Shown here: positions 23,701-36,883 of the stretch, in pieces
Numbering within the stretch: position 1 is the first letter of the stretch
Layout: each line of letters begins with the position of its first letter
Origin: Botryllus schlosseri
Lineage: Eukaryota
Reading direction: 5' to 3'
Assembly (NCBI GenBank): GCA_051294905.1
Contig: CM119372.1
Span: forward strand, 27,964,001 to 28,028,000
DNA length: 64,000 bases
The notes under the pieces: generated by a model
What the model was told of the DNA's origin: nothing
Seen by the model: the letters and a program-made list of their open reading frames with translations, nothing else
Databases searched by the model: none
Translations under genes and position numbers: made by a program

Positions 23701-26700
23701 GTTGTGTGGTTCCCAACCTTTTTCGTCTCGTGGACCCCTTGGCCGATATTTGAGCTAAAATTCCCCCCCTATGAATAAGGTGCCTGTGACTAAAAAAGGT
23801 GTTTATTACCGCACAACCATTTATTGACTAAACAATTTATGGCCAAACATAACAGAGGGTGTGATATCTACGGAGGGCATTTAAACATTTACCTAGCTTA
23901 AAATCCGCCAAAGAAACATACAGTTACAAAGAACCAGTTTCATATTTAACAGTTCTACCATAAAAATCTAAAAACCTTGTGAACTCAGTGTATCTTCCGA
24001 TACAACCCTGAAGCCAGATTCCCCCCTAAAAATTTCAAAATTCCCCCAAGGGGGGAATTCCCCCCGGTTGGGAACCACGGAACTAGATGATTCTAGTTGC
24101 CAAATTAGATTAATCAGGGCGAAATGCTCGTAATCTAATTCTAATCTGATTTGTAAAAGTTACTTTGCTCTAATTCTCAGCTGATCTGTGAAATACTTTT
24201 ATGCTCTAATTTCAATTGTGATCTCATATCTGGTTTCCTGAAAATGCTACAGGAGAACTGCATGGTGGGAAACGAGCCAAGCTTGCTGTACAGACATTTT
24301 CCAACATCACGTTTATAACTGATCTGCATACCAAATATCTATTTGTAATTGGGAGTTACCGAGTGTATGTATGGGCAAAGCATTGAAACTATGACATATC
24401 ACAATGCGACCATTCACTTTTTCCACGCCGAACAGCAGACCGAACGGATTTAGCGATTTCGGATGAAATCATATATCGAATTCACAAACGAATACAATTC
24501 CTCAAAAATCATCAAAAATTCCAACAAGAGTGTTGTCCATATCCAAATCGGTATCAAAGAATGTTAATCCAAGCTCGAAGATATGCTCGTATCACTTAAC
24601 ATCAGAACTACGCTAGAGTTAAGCGGTCGACACAAAAAAAACCTTAAGACTCACACATGGCAGTGGTGTAGGAATTGGGAAAGCTCTTGTCGGTACGTTC
24701 TCGCATGAACTTCCACGAATTATTCTCAAACGTGCATTCGATGATCTTGTTATTGTACTGCTGTAATGCCTTTGTCACCTGTAGTAGAGTATTTCAAAAG
24801 AGGTTACCGATAACCAGAGGTGGCCAATAACGTAGTACTTCCAGTTTTTACAAGTACGGAAGTAGGTTGATTGTACTATTTACTCAAGCAACACGAATGT
24901 TCTACTCAAATACAAATAGAAGTATCATTTCCAAACTACTTTGAGTAAAAATAAGCGGCCCTGGGTTAGCTATCACCTTCATTTTAGCAAAGGGCGGGTC
25001 ATGCTGGCCGACGTACAGCAGCCCCAGCGTCTCGTTGAGCATTCCCTCGCCAGACACTTTCTGAATCTTCAACCGGAAATCGACGCTGTTCAGTGTGGAC
25101 GGCTTCCATTTCAGGATGTCGTCATTTCGGCCAGAACGGTACGGCTGGCAAAAAGAAACACGTTTTCCTCAGACAAGTTCACGTGTACGATACATCTTGC
25201 TGACGACATGAAGTAACAGCACAAATTGAAGTACCCCTATTCTGTGAATTACTTTTACAGTTGACAGTTGCAGATTGGCACTTATATGCAGTTTAAACCG
25301 CGAGCCATGTCGATTGAGGAAAATGGACGTAGTCCTTTGAACTGTCAACTTCATCAAAATTCGTAATTGTAATGGTTCTTAATCTTGTCATTCCCTTTCT
25401 GAAAAGGAGCAATGGAGGACAAAAAGTTCAAGAACCACTGAATCAACCGATACAAAAACTAAAAAAAACATGGCCATAAATCGGTTTGCGCTTCAACTTT
25501 AGTGTATCTAGGAATGTCGCTTAATAGATGTTGTTTCAAAATTGACTCAACAAACCAAGACCCAGTAAACACACTGCACATAACAACGGCAGTGCAGCAA
25601 ACTTACATCTATCGGATGCGCAGATGCCGGCTGAAATATTAATCCGTCCACCTCGTGGCTGATCTGCTTGGAAAACCTGAAAAAATGCGTCACCGAGTCA
25701 GCTGCAGCAGAGCCTACACATTTCCTACAGGAATGGGTGTAGTCAACGTTCTGCGCAATTTATTTATATTGCAATGGTTCCAGGACTACAGTAGTGGCTT
25801 TCGGGTAGGCCCTTGTGTCATGTATTTGAATATAGAATTCAAGCTGTGCGTAGGACTAATACTAACAAACCGCTGATACGGTCTGCTTGGTGACAATTGA
25901 CTGCCAGAAACAGATTTTTGATATTGTCCGTAGGGTCAAAATTCTCATACGGTTAGTTCATGTCTCGGTGAAAAACTGAAATTCCTCGCAAACCGTTGCT
26001 ACCGTAATTTCAGTCTGGACCATCTGGCAGAGTCGTCTGACGCAGTTCATTAACTCATTGATATTTTGATGAAATATCTAGAAAACGCAGCGGCCCGTGT
26101 TTCGGCAGACCATATCCTTTTTCATATAGTTCGATAACCTAGTGATCTCATCTTTTGTTGTATAGTAATTGTGCTCCTTAGTACAAGTCATGGCTAGGTT
26201 AATAATGTCAAAATCCACATTTACTTCCAATTCACGCCTCAAACCCATGTCTTTTATTGGTGCGCTGCAGGTTACCGGCCGATAAGTTTAAAAAATAATC
26301 TATTTACGGAATGGAACCCATTGCTCACAAACAACTAATGTTACATTGTTACAAGGGAAAGGGGGAGAACATTTAGGTGTGTATGAGATCTCAAAAGTTG
26401 AATCCAAATCTCGACACTAGGTGCCAACTTACTGTCCATCGATGAGTTCATGCGCAGTGGCGATGTCCCAAAACTCCTTAATCCTCACACTGAACGCCTG
26501 CCTGGTCCGGTCCAGCAGGCCCTGCCGCATTTTCTCGTGTCTGGGACCGATGATCTCCTTTTTGATGCAGGAGAGACGCGTCAAGAAGTCACAGTCGCCA
26601 ACCGGTTGGCCCTGGAATGAAATAGACCTGGTCAACTATTAAAAACGGTGTCATTTCATAATATATCACACATTCATTAAAAAAGCCTGACCAATATTTA

Positions 26701-29700
26701 TCGTTGTCCAATGATGTCATCACTCCTAGAATTGATGCAAATGAAAGAGTCTGCAGTTCTGTTGGACTGATTTATGAGGACTATTCCAGTTCAATTTTTG
26801 GTGAAAATGAAGAAAAGCTGTGTTTGCTGAGCCACAAACACGCCCGCCGGTTTAGAAGTAGGCTACTAGACTCTAAATCAGTGGTTCCCAACCTTTTTAT
26901 GCTAATTCCCCACTTCCGAATTATTCCGAGCCTTCATTCCCCGCCTAAAATCTTTATATCCATATCCACCCTTTAAAATGCTATCTCCAATAAAATTTTG
27001 CAAGACTTTGCTTAGTAAATAGCACGTGCTATTGGTGATTGTTAAGATCCCCGGAATTGATCAGTACACAATAAAATTACCACAGCAGTGAATTGGTAAC
27101 CAAAAACGCACCCCCGTAAATATGTATCTATACCCCGATGCGCAGCCAACAGAAAAATAGGAGGGGTTTGAAAATTTTCCAAATGCGCGGGGTAGCATCA
27201 ATTTACGTACGTAAATGCAGAATAATACATGGGTCAGATAAACTTCCGGATGTTGACGATCTCATGCGTGTGATATAGATGTAAGCCGCCGTAAACTACA
27301 CTTTCGCACAGTACTAAAAAAACTTGAAATAACATAAATATGTAATTTCATTTGTAACGAGTCCGGATGTGCTATTAGTTAGCAAGTCCATGATCTCCCT
27401 TGAATACATGTTCAGCAATATGAGCTCTTAATACAACGAAGCAGAATTTTTCTATCACTATGTTTCGTGACCGATGATGGTGTGCAAATGAGTAAAAACA
27501 TTTGCTGGAGATCGCGTGTCGCTATCCAGGCGATTCTCGCTAATTGGAGGCACTGATATTAAGAATCGCTGAATTGCAAATGAGGTAAGAAATATTCGAG
27601 ATACGATCGGCATTTCAAAACGCCATTTAATAAAGGAGAATATTACTGTGAAGATTTTTGCAAAAGTGAGTCTATTCCCCACCAGAAATCCCGAAATTCC
27701 GCACTAGTGGGGAATTCCCCACCGTTTGGGAACCACTGCTCTAAATCAACTTAGCAAGTACTTTATTGTAAATCAAATTCTGGTCAAGCGGTTTTTCCCC
27801 TATTTTTAACGCGGACCCAAAAATTTGTGTCTGCGTGGACTCCCTAATTGCAAATTTTGGGAAGGTGATGACTAAAAAAGATCTACCATATTAGCGTTAG
27901 CATCGTCTGTTTACTATTGTGACCGGTTTTGAGCACTGTATATAAGACAGTCGTGGTTCAAAAATAAGGACGACATAGTTTTATAGTTGTAGTTTCATGA
28001 TTGGGTTTCAATAGACCTCTTCAAAGTACTCTTGGACTACAGGTTAAGAGCCCCTGTGTAGCTAACTAAGTCAGCATAAATCATCAGCTCCACCGACAAA
28101 AATATGTTATATCGGCGATATATATATATAAATAATATAAAAACAAGGTCACTCAAACTCACCGAGAACAATATAATATCGTACATAAGATATCTTGGCA
28201 CGGTCTGCCCGTTCACAGTATCAAGAATCATTTCCCCGTCAATGAGGGTGTCCGTCAAGTGGTCGTGAAGATTTTTACGGTGAATAAACTCGAGGTTGGA
28301 TATCTGTAATCAGCAAGCATGGAGTAAAAACCTGTGCCTCGCAACAAAAACAAATGTTATTGGGTAGGGCAAACTTTAAGGCGAACAGGCCAGACATAGG
28401 TAAAAGACCACGACAGCAGATCAGTGTTGGGATCACTTGAGACATGATTTGGCTGCAGTAATATTTTTTGAACGACTCGGAGTTGACTTGACTGGAAGTC
28501 GCAGAATTTGAGATGACTCGACTCGGGTCACTTTGAAATTCTGCGTTACTGGACTTGAAATTTATTTTAATCGCTAGAGTAAAAATATGATAACAGTATG
28601 AAAAATAGGACTTGATCCAAATGCTGCCACACGTCGGCTGCTTCCATGAAAATTGACCAAGTTGGTGATGGTGACGGTGGTCAGAATGAATAAATCTAAT
28701 CGGACCATAGATCATGAAAGTTGCTCCAAATAGGCTTTTACAAGTACAGAACGTCAATATTGCAATCAACAACGTTAATATTGAAAAATATATTGTACTC
28801 GAAGCTTTTCGGCCGATTCTCATCAGGAGTGAAAGTCAGTAAATGTATGGGGAAGAAATTTGGCAATAATAACAGATTGTTTGTTGTAAAAATTATTAAC
28901 AGGTTATTGAACAAATTTTGCCTACAATAGTCCTATTTTATCGATTTGGGTGTTTTTGGGATTAGTTGTGCTTATCTGAAAAGTGTCAAACTAAGCTAAT
29001 TCATGAACTCGTTTTGTAATTGCGTTGGACTGTTTGTATGTGGTATTCATGGTGTTTGTTGACTACTATGGTCATTTACACCAGGCCGATATTCTTTATC
29101 TTTGATTCCGTTACTGCCGACTTGTAGCACGACCCACTTCTATGCTTTTTATGTGACACCGCTTACGTGGATGAGGTGGCGCGGAGGAGCCTAGATAAAC
29201 CTCCAACACTTAGACAGGAATTCTGGAGTCGACCTCGGTCGGACTCGAACCCGCAACCCAGTGGTGTTGAAGCTGTGGATTGTACCACTATGCTATCTCG
29301 CCACACAATTGCGTTTGACTGGCTACAAAAGCAAGCAAAACTGCCAGTGCATTGCAACTAAACTCATTTTATATCACCGTTTTTAGTAAAAGCCTGCAAG
29401 TTCAGATATATCGGCCGTATAACACGAGTAGACCTACACTAGATCTAGGGAAGGGCTAGGTACCGAGGTGTTTGGATCCTACCTGAAACACTGCGTTGTC
29501 CCGATCAATCATGTAGACTTGGTCTTTTCCGTTGATTAGCATCATGTACCGAACACCATCCGCTTTCCAGCTGACCTGATACGATTTTTGCATCAACAGT
29601 TTGATATTTTCCAAAGTCATCGAAACAGGCTGGGCGCCGGGGAATCCGTTTCTGTAATAATCAGATGTGCTAATCGGAGCAGATAATATCAAATTCAATA

Positions 29701-32700
29701 TTTTAAAATCTAAATCCCACTCAAGTCCAAACATAGAATTCAATTTGTATCAGTTCAAATCCAGTTCAATGCTGCGCCAGTCTTCAATAATAATGTTAGT
29801 CTACTACCACTATCTATTCTAAAAATGGTTATAGTTAATCAAACCCTACCAATACAATATTACAATTTCCTGCACGACATCACTGAAGGAATAGAGCTTG
29901 GCTTTAGACATGGCAATTTGTGGCCGCGAGTGCTCATTGTGATCTGGCAACCCTCTTTGACGTAACACTCTGGGCGGAACCCTAATACGCCTGAGAAATT
30001 GCTACTTCATCTGCGACTTTTATTCTGTCATAGGTACCAAGGCAAACGAAACCGTACTTTACTTTGGCCATTTGCAAATGTTCTTGACCCTGTTTTGAAC
30101 TTGCGACAACGTCGGTTGTACCGATATCTGCTGCACGTCGGGAATGTCGGCCCCCTCCACGAAGGTTTTCACTTTCACCTGAAAAACGCGAAAATCGGCA
30201 CAGATTCGCAACCAACGCAAACAAAAAACTTACTCTGACGTGCCGCACACGGCCGCCGGACCCAGACTGAATTTCTTGCCCATTGTCATCGACTGAAATT
30301 TGGAATTGCACGTTTAAAGAGGCAGTATCAAAAAGACAATCGGTGGTGGTTAATGCTACCACATACTTTCACAATGCTCATAGTCATACATAAGCAGAGG
30401 TGGTCAAAGTAGTCAAGAAAGCTACTCAAGTAGAAGTAGAAGTACCGACGGAAAAATCTACTCAAGTACGAGTAGAAGTACTTCTTGAGTAAGCAGTCTA
30501 AAACTACTTGAAGTAGAAGTAGAATTGACTGACTTTAAATTTACTCAAGTAAGTAAGTAGTTGTGAAAACGATCGTAATTCGTTCACATGGATTGTCAAA
30601 AGGTTCAAATTGAGCTATGCGAAAGGTGCCGAGCTTGATTTATATTGATGCATACCAGGAGGTATCCAATTTTCGACAGCATAAGCATTCGTCCACATCA
30701 TGGGATGAAAATGACAGTATTGATATGGAAATGCGATACTAATCCTCTGTTTACTCGAACAGAACGTTTTAGAAAATATCGTGGTATGGCGCCCTTCCCC
30801 CCATATTTAAGGCCCGTAGTTTAGTCAAAGAGCAATATGGAAAATTGGTATAGCATACGGTGTAAAGTAAACACTTTGCACGATTAGTAAACATTAATAA
30901 AAATATGGGGATCGTAAAAATCCCATATTGTGTAGCTTTACTTCCGGAAATTAAAGGCATTACTACACTCGCTTCCATACTTCTACATGTATGTTATCCA
31001 AACAAAAGAACTGATATTAATTAGAACTCGAAGTATATGATACTGGGAATTGAAAGTGAAATATAAATACTATTTCTAAAAGCGTCTTTAGTCGAGAAAG
31101 TTTCGAAGGTTGGTATGCTAAAACAGCTCTGATACTAAAAAAAGTCAAAGTCCAATTTTCCAGATTAGAACATGCCATGGACTGCTAGATTACGATATGA
31201 TCAGTAAATGCTAGATTGCGAAACATCAGTTTCAAACGTTATGATGAGCCATAATATTATATACTGTGATGAAATATTTGATATGGATGAAGGGCGACAA
31301 TGATCGAGGTGTGAACGGTACCACGCCAACCCGCTACCTAAACTATATTCACTGATACTTTCGTGAAATCATACTGGTTAGCCTACCCCGTATCAACTGT
31401 GCGCGAAGCGCGACAAAAATTCTGGGCTTTACTCAACTTTGTTGAAAATTAAATGTTGATACTAAGTGAAAACAGCCCCGAAATTCCTCAAGCTATCTTC
31501 CAAATTGGAGGATTAAACAACTTCTACTTGACAAACTGAAAAAAGCGAAAACTAAGTAAGTAGATCACAAAATATTTCGAAGTAGAAGTACCGAAAATCA
31601 TATCTACTTGAGTAAGTACCAGAAGTGGAGGAAAACTACTTGAGTACTTCGAAAAAGTAGAAGTACTTCGTTAATGACCACTTATGTACATAAGACAGAT
31701 GGGAAGGAGCCGCACGGAGCAGAGTGTGTTACCTGCAGCCGACAGAAAAATTGTCGTCCGAGTAAAATTTTGATACATTACTTCTACTTGAACTTGAGCA
31801 CACAGACGACTACTTTTGGTCATAGCCACGCTCTAATAACGGGATGTATCAAAGTCTACAAATTTACCAAAAGTACATCATTTCTGCGTTACTGCATAGC
31901 CTACGCGAATGAAGCAACACCTGATAATACTGGGAAAACAACTTTTGTCCGCAAAGATTTAGAAATTAATATCCAGTAACCTCAACTATTTGCATAGATA
32001 GGATACTTGCGTAGGATAGGATTGTTGAACATAGACATTCTTAAATTGACAGGATCACCATTACAATTGGCATTGACACAAAAAATCAAAGAACAGTAAG
32101 CAAGGATAAATGAACATAACAGCACGAAGAGGGGAAATTTCAAAATTCCATTTTACCATTGGCTTCTGAATCGTCACATTCCGTATGCCAGGGTGGGAGA
32201 GGGGGTGGTGCTGGGGCGTCGGCCGCATCCCCATAGCGCCGAAACAGCTCTTGGATGTAGTGACCTTTTATAATTCCAGGCGGTCTCGCTTGAGCGAATG
32301 CCATAAATGATGCTTCAACACTGAAACAGGATATTATGGTCTGTTGCATATTAAAGGAACGGAAACGTGGCCTTGCCTGATAGTGGCCACTATGTCAATG
32401 ATATGACCGGTAGCAAATTCGGATAGGCTATATAGCGGATATGCCGATGGATTTGGAGTCTTCCAAATAACCAGTACCTAATACGTCTGACAAATCACAG
32501 TTAATACAGGAAAATTATCAAGACATTCACAAGTGATAAATGTAAAGGACTCCATAATATAAATACCGGTAGATGTTAGTACGGTCGGCGACCTACGATA
32601 AGTTATCATTGGCCCAGATATCCTACGCACACGCAGGGCATTGAAACAAGTACGGTACCCATCATCAAGTTTATCCCATCGCTACACTTTAATTAGGGAT

Positions 32701-35088
32701 GGCTAATAGCCTACGTATTATTGATTTTAAACCAATTCGAACCATATCCTTGGAAGATGTCTCAAAGCGAGAATCAAAATGTACCAATTACTTCAGAGCA
32801 GGTAGTCGCCAACACGCGGCCCGCGACATGATTTGAGATTTAGGAGGAACGCTTAGTAAATCATTTTGAAATGCTGAAATTGATTTCAGTTTGATATATT
32901 GTTGTTGTTCAAAATTAGCTGATATGAATGAGCATAATTATTGCCTTCACTTGCGATGGCCCAGACACTGCCAAGACCGAGACGCTTACAAAACAAGATC
33001 AAGCTTTACGAAGAAATAGTTTTCAAGCAATTACCGTGTCTAGCTAACTCCAAGTTTGTCAAATAGAATGAAAGTGACGGTCATGACATTTTTGTTGTAT
33101 CTGGATTTCCTTGACAAAAAATTTTAGCTTTCGTGGTAACCATGCCCGTTGTCCATGTCACAGAGCACAGTGCTATAATGATGTAAAGTTTTAAAATCGT
33201 GGTTGTTAGACTGTGTGTTCCATCCATTGTATCTCGATATTGAACTCATGCGGTCCGCGGCCTCTACGAAATTTGAAAAGTGGCCCGCGACCCGTTTTGA
33301 GTTGGCGACCCCTGCTTCAAAGTCACAAGTCGATGACGCGGTGAAAGATGTTAGAAGTTGTCAGCATATGCAAGCATGTACCGGTACGTACAATTATTTC
33401 GCACTGTCCGCAATCATTTGAATCACCGGTGTTTCAAAGCAATATAGGTAAGCCTATATCATCCAAGTCACTGTAAGTGCCACGGTCCTCATGGACATCA
33501 CCACTGAATTTTCTTACCTCCAATCTAATTTCTCAATCAGATATGCAGAAATAAGGAATCCTGTTCTGTTATATCCGTGCGTACAATGTACTCCGATAAT
33601 GGCGAGTGGACTGCTCCTAATCAGTCTGTCACATAAGTTCACAAAAAGTCTCGTATTCTCTTCGTCTGGGCATTCACCGTGTCTGAAACATCAATGCACA
33701 TAGCTCGAAGGACGCTTCCGACTAACGTACATAGACATACTATGGGGCTATGTATGAAAGTATACTATTCAGAAATAATCAGATTTATGCAAATGTAGTA
33801 CGGTATTTCTACACATAGCTTGTTTTGCTATACGTAATCATAGGCTAATGTATATTATATGATCACTTGAAATACGGGCAAAATTTGGTTATGGGCGAAT
33901 TTGAGACCCCTGACCTGGCCTAATAACCGAACACAGTTTAATTTCCTCTGCAACATCACAGTGGTTCGACTATCGAGATGGGAGGGAGCCAGTGAGGTTA
34001 TAGAGTCTGCCTCACCACGCACACGAACCCGATGTGCTGGTCACCTAATGGGGATAAGATAGTCATATTTACACTCATCTAATAGACTACAATTTGTCGA
34101 AATTATCACATTGTCTGGAGAGTTGCAGCTAAATCCACATATCTCATCGATGTTCTAGTTGTAGGAAAACAAATTTGCAGAATATTACCCTTTGCATGCC
34201 ACTTTCTGATGGATGATATTCATTTCTGTTATTTCATTTTTTCCGTAAAATCTAGTTGTGTTGGTGAGATCTATAACTGCAGACATTTTCACTTTTAATC
34301 CGGCAAGATACGCGAGCAGCATCTTTGGATGAAACCTGAAATTGTGAAGAAAAATCAGAGATGTTGGTTAAATCGACACAGTGATATTAAGTTTTATAAT
34401 GTGGATGGAATTTTGGTAGGCTATCATTTCGCCCGAGTTGGGATGGGATGACTCCTCGTTTGACACACCATGTGGCATTTTGACAATTTCAAAAAATCCG
34501 CGAGGCTACTCACAATTAATGCCAAAGACGGAAGCCCAATACAATTCAAGGTTGCATATATATACATGCCTCACCATTGTTCAAATAGCCAACTGTCTAC
34601 ATAATAGCAGCCGATGTGTCATCGAAAAATACTCGCACTCATATCACACCAGAGACATAGATCCTGCCGAGTAACTTGACAAACACTAGACCCACTCTAT
34701 ACCATAGATCTATCATGGACCAAGGCACGAATCACAGCGGGGTATTTAAAAAAAAAAACTACATGCAATAGAGATAAATCCCGTTCGGCTCATTTCCTCT
34801 AACTCTAACTATAGTGTAAACTGTAAAGTAAAAGCATGCCAGCACAGCCGAACTATCCAAATGGTATTTACCATTACTGTGATGTAACAGTCCCGCCTCA
34901 CTGCATCGCTAGGGGTAACAAGGCCGTTATCATTTTAGTACCTCTAGCCTAGCTCTTAACACTTACCGACATTCCTCTGGAACATCTTTGTCATATTTTG
35001 TTGAAAGAGGTGTCTTGAATGGAAGAAATTTACCTCCTACTAGCGCTCCTTTCCTTGGGCAATGTAGCCATCGTGGAGGTACGCTCAT
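20757..35088 (-). CDS. RNGTT: Bifunctional mRNA-capping enzyme (RNA 5'-triphosphatase plus guanylyltransferase), 613 aa, 14 exons
   Basis: Exons 35088-34967, 34335-34189, 33682-33518, 32320-32157, 30292-30234, 30178-30063, 29651-29483, 28303-28163, 26611-26433, 25676-25607, 25144-24977, 24778-24655, 22059-21934, 20848-20757; 1842 nt, every phase matches. N-terminus [14 protein letters not shown], phosphatase loop [10 protein letters not shown], GTase motifs [33 protein letters not shown]-terminus [13 protein letters not shown]. Confidence 0.97.
21090..21774 (+). mobile_element. Deleted hAT-type transposon with transposase C-terminal remnant
   Basis: Perfect TSD ctaatcac; ORF 21430-21621 has [21 protein letters not shown] (hAT C-terminal ERxFS motif). 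Confidence 0.82.
22190..23544. mobile_element. Composite hAT MITE with inner hAT at 22900-23429
   Basis: Outer TSD ggttaaac and inner TSD tattatat, both perfect; homologous to 60939-62438 in reverse. Confidence 0.88.
23696..24080. mobile_element. hAT MITE (CAGTGG family)
   Basis: gtggttcccaacc / ggttgggaaccac termini, perfect TSD aactagat. Confidence 0.85.
26879..27738. mobile_element. hAT MITE (CAGTGG family)
   Basis: cagtggttcccaa...ttgggaaccactg, perfect TSD ctctaaat; related to 57505-58804. Confidence 0.88.
28422..28562 (+). mobile_element. Fragment of the GACTC/AAGTC-array hAT-type element
   Basis: Starts cagtgttgggatca like 63271; gactcg/gacttg repeats. Confidence 0.6.
29031..29303 (-). 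mobile_element. tRNA-derived SINE, family 2
   Basis: The reverse strand begins tggcgagatagcatagtggta, has B box ggttcgagtcc and a CAAA-like tail; homologous copies at 48989, 56687 and 47098. Confidence 0.82.
30395..31686. mobile_element. hAT-type element with (AAGTAG/TACTT) subterminal arrays
   Basis: cagaggtggtca...tgaccacttatg, perfect TSD tacataag; a short relative lies at about 24814-24963. Confidence 0.85.
32799..33314. mobile_element. hAT MITE
   Basis: gtcgccaac / gttggcgacccctg termini, TSD cttcagag/cttcaaag. Confidence 0.8.
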
Positions 35089-36016
35089 TCTACAGCGGTT
35101 TATCTATTGGTATCTACTGAAAAGCTAATAAGTGGATAAAACATAAACTGTAATGAACTGTAAATCCGTCAGTTAAGAAGGTAAAATATCTATCAACGCC
35201 TTTGAAATGAGCTAAAACCCAGGCGGTGCTGTTTGAGCTGAGCGGTGCCGGGGCGGGGTGAAAAACAACAACACAGGAATAAAACTACACTGTTGGTTGC
35301 CGCTCCACTCTCGATCCACTCACTGAGTGGTGCAGACTGCAAAAAGTGCAGAATGAATGAATCATCCGTCATGTCTGTACTCCTCGCTAGGTAGCCGTAT
35401 AGTGTCCAGTTGAGATTTACCACTGAGCTAAAGAGCTATATAAATATTTGGTAGGCCTATATAATTTTTACAGATTCACAGAATCATGATTTTGGATTTT
35501 AACCGGACAGTATGGTTACCATATTTTGAGACTTTTGAAGTCGGACGAGATGACGGGTAATTCGAATTTTTTTCTAGAAATACTGTTGTGCTGGCCATTT
35601 TTCTAAATCTACACTCGGTCGACCCGCTCTAACACGTCATCGCAACCGTCGAGATCCGGTTTTGGCGATATTTATGGTGTTTTTTAGTAATGCCTGTGCA
35701 ATCGCCTGCCTGTGCAATCGCCTGCCTGTCAAAGCAATATATATATCATTGGTCAAAGCTAAGGACGGTCTAGTCTGCCCTCAAGATTAGTGGACTCTGC
35801 AATCTGACATATCGACATCGCCTACCGACACATGCAGCATTCGTTTTTGCCGCTTACTTTTATGCTATCCTCTCTTTTATCCAGTGTGCATGCCTCTTAT
35901 TTACATGCTGTAGGCCGGGAGTGGGCAACTTCTCCAGTCGGCGCGCCGGATATGGGAAAAGTGAAGTACTTGGCGGGCCGTATTCGATCCTTATTAGATG
36001 AAACACGTATTTATCC

Positions 36017-36415
36017 TAGGGTTACCATTACGTCCTCTTTTAAGAGGATTTGTCCTCTTTTTTCACTTTTTTGAAAGTGTCCTAGGAGGACGCCGAAATG
36101 TCGTCTTTCTCGAGAATTTTGTTTAAAAATAGGGTAAAATTGGAGAGGCGATACAGTAAATCAGCACTGAACTAACAATTCGGCGGGTATTTCGGAAGCT
36201 GGACCGTTAGATTGATCTTTTTTTAGTCAACCAGCTGATAATGTGAAAGAAAAACTGTATTTTGGGATCTGAGCCAGAAAGTTGACTTTTTTTTAGTCAA
36301 CCGACCACGAAGTGGGAAATATTTGCCATTTTTTCAGGATTTTCCTCCGCTTGTGCAAGTCTAAAATTTTTGAAAAAGTGTCCTCTTTTCAGGTTTCCAA
36401 AATATGGTATCCTTA
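36017..36415. mobile_element. hAT MITE (TAGGGTTACCA family, AGGAC repeats)
   Basis: Perfect TSD atttatcc; second copy in reverse at 39161-39594. Confidence 0.85.
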
Positions 36416-36594
36416 ATTTATCCACCTATATATAAGGATTAAATCGTATTTAATGTAAATTTTACGTTTGAAGCATAGAAACCAAACAATTAAAAAATAA
36501 TTATTATTGCAATGTATTTTAATATAGCTATTGAAGTCAATAAGTAATCTGTGGTACATCAAAGTTGTGAACAGGTTCTTTCAACTCTGGCGGC

Positions 36595-36883
36595 ATATTG
36601 CACACAAAAAACAATTGAGCGATAAATAACTAAAAATAACTATTATTTGTGTCCGAAAACAGGAATAAATAACCTACAGTCACTATAATTTGACGTAGTG
36701 AGAAAGCAGTGGACACGACAGACACAAATTATTGCACACAAAATTGCACACAAAATATTGCACACAAAAAACAATTGAGCGATAAATAACTAAAAATAAC
36801 TATTATTTGTGTCCGAAAACAGGAATAAATAACCTACAGTCACTATAATTTGACGTAGTGAGAAAGCAGTGGACACGACAGAC
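36595..36883. repeat. 129-bp direct duplication with a 31-bp spacer
   Basis: 36595-36723 reads identical to 36755-36883. Confidence 0.9.

Noticed and set aside
28275..28823. 182-aa minus-strand ORF
   Set aside because: It is intronic, spans a repeat fragment and is not needed for the in-phase RNGTT model.
35410..35440. tRNA-like A box (tagctcagtggta, minus strand) upstream of RNGTT
   Set aside because: No B box or cloverleaf follows.
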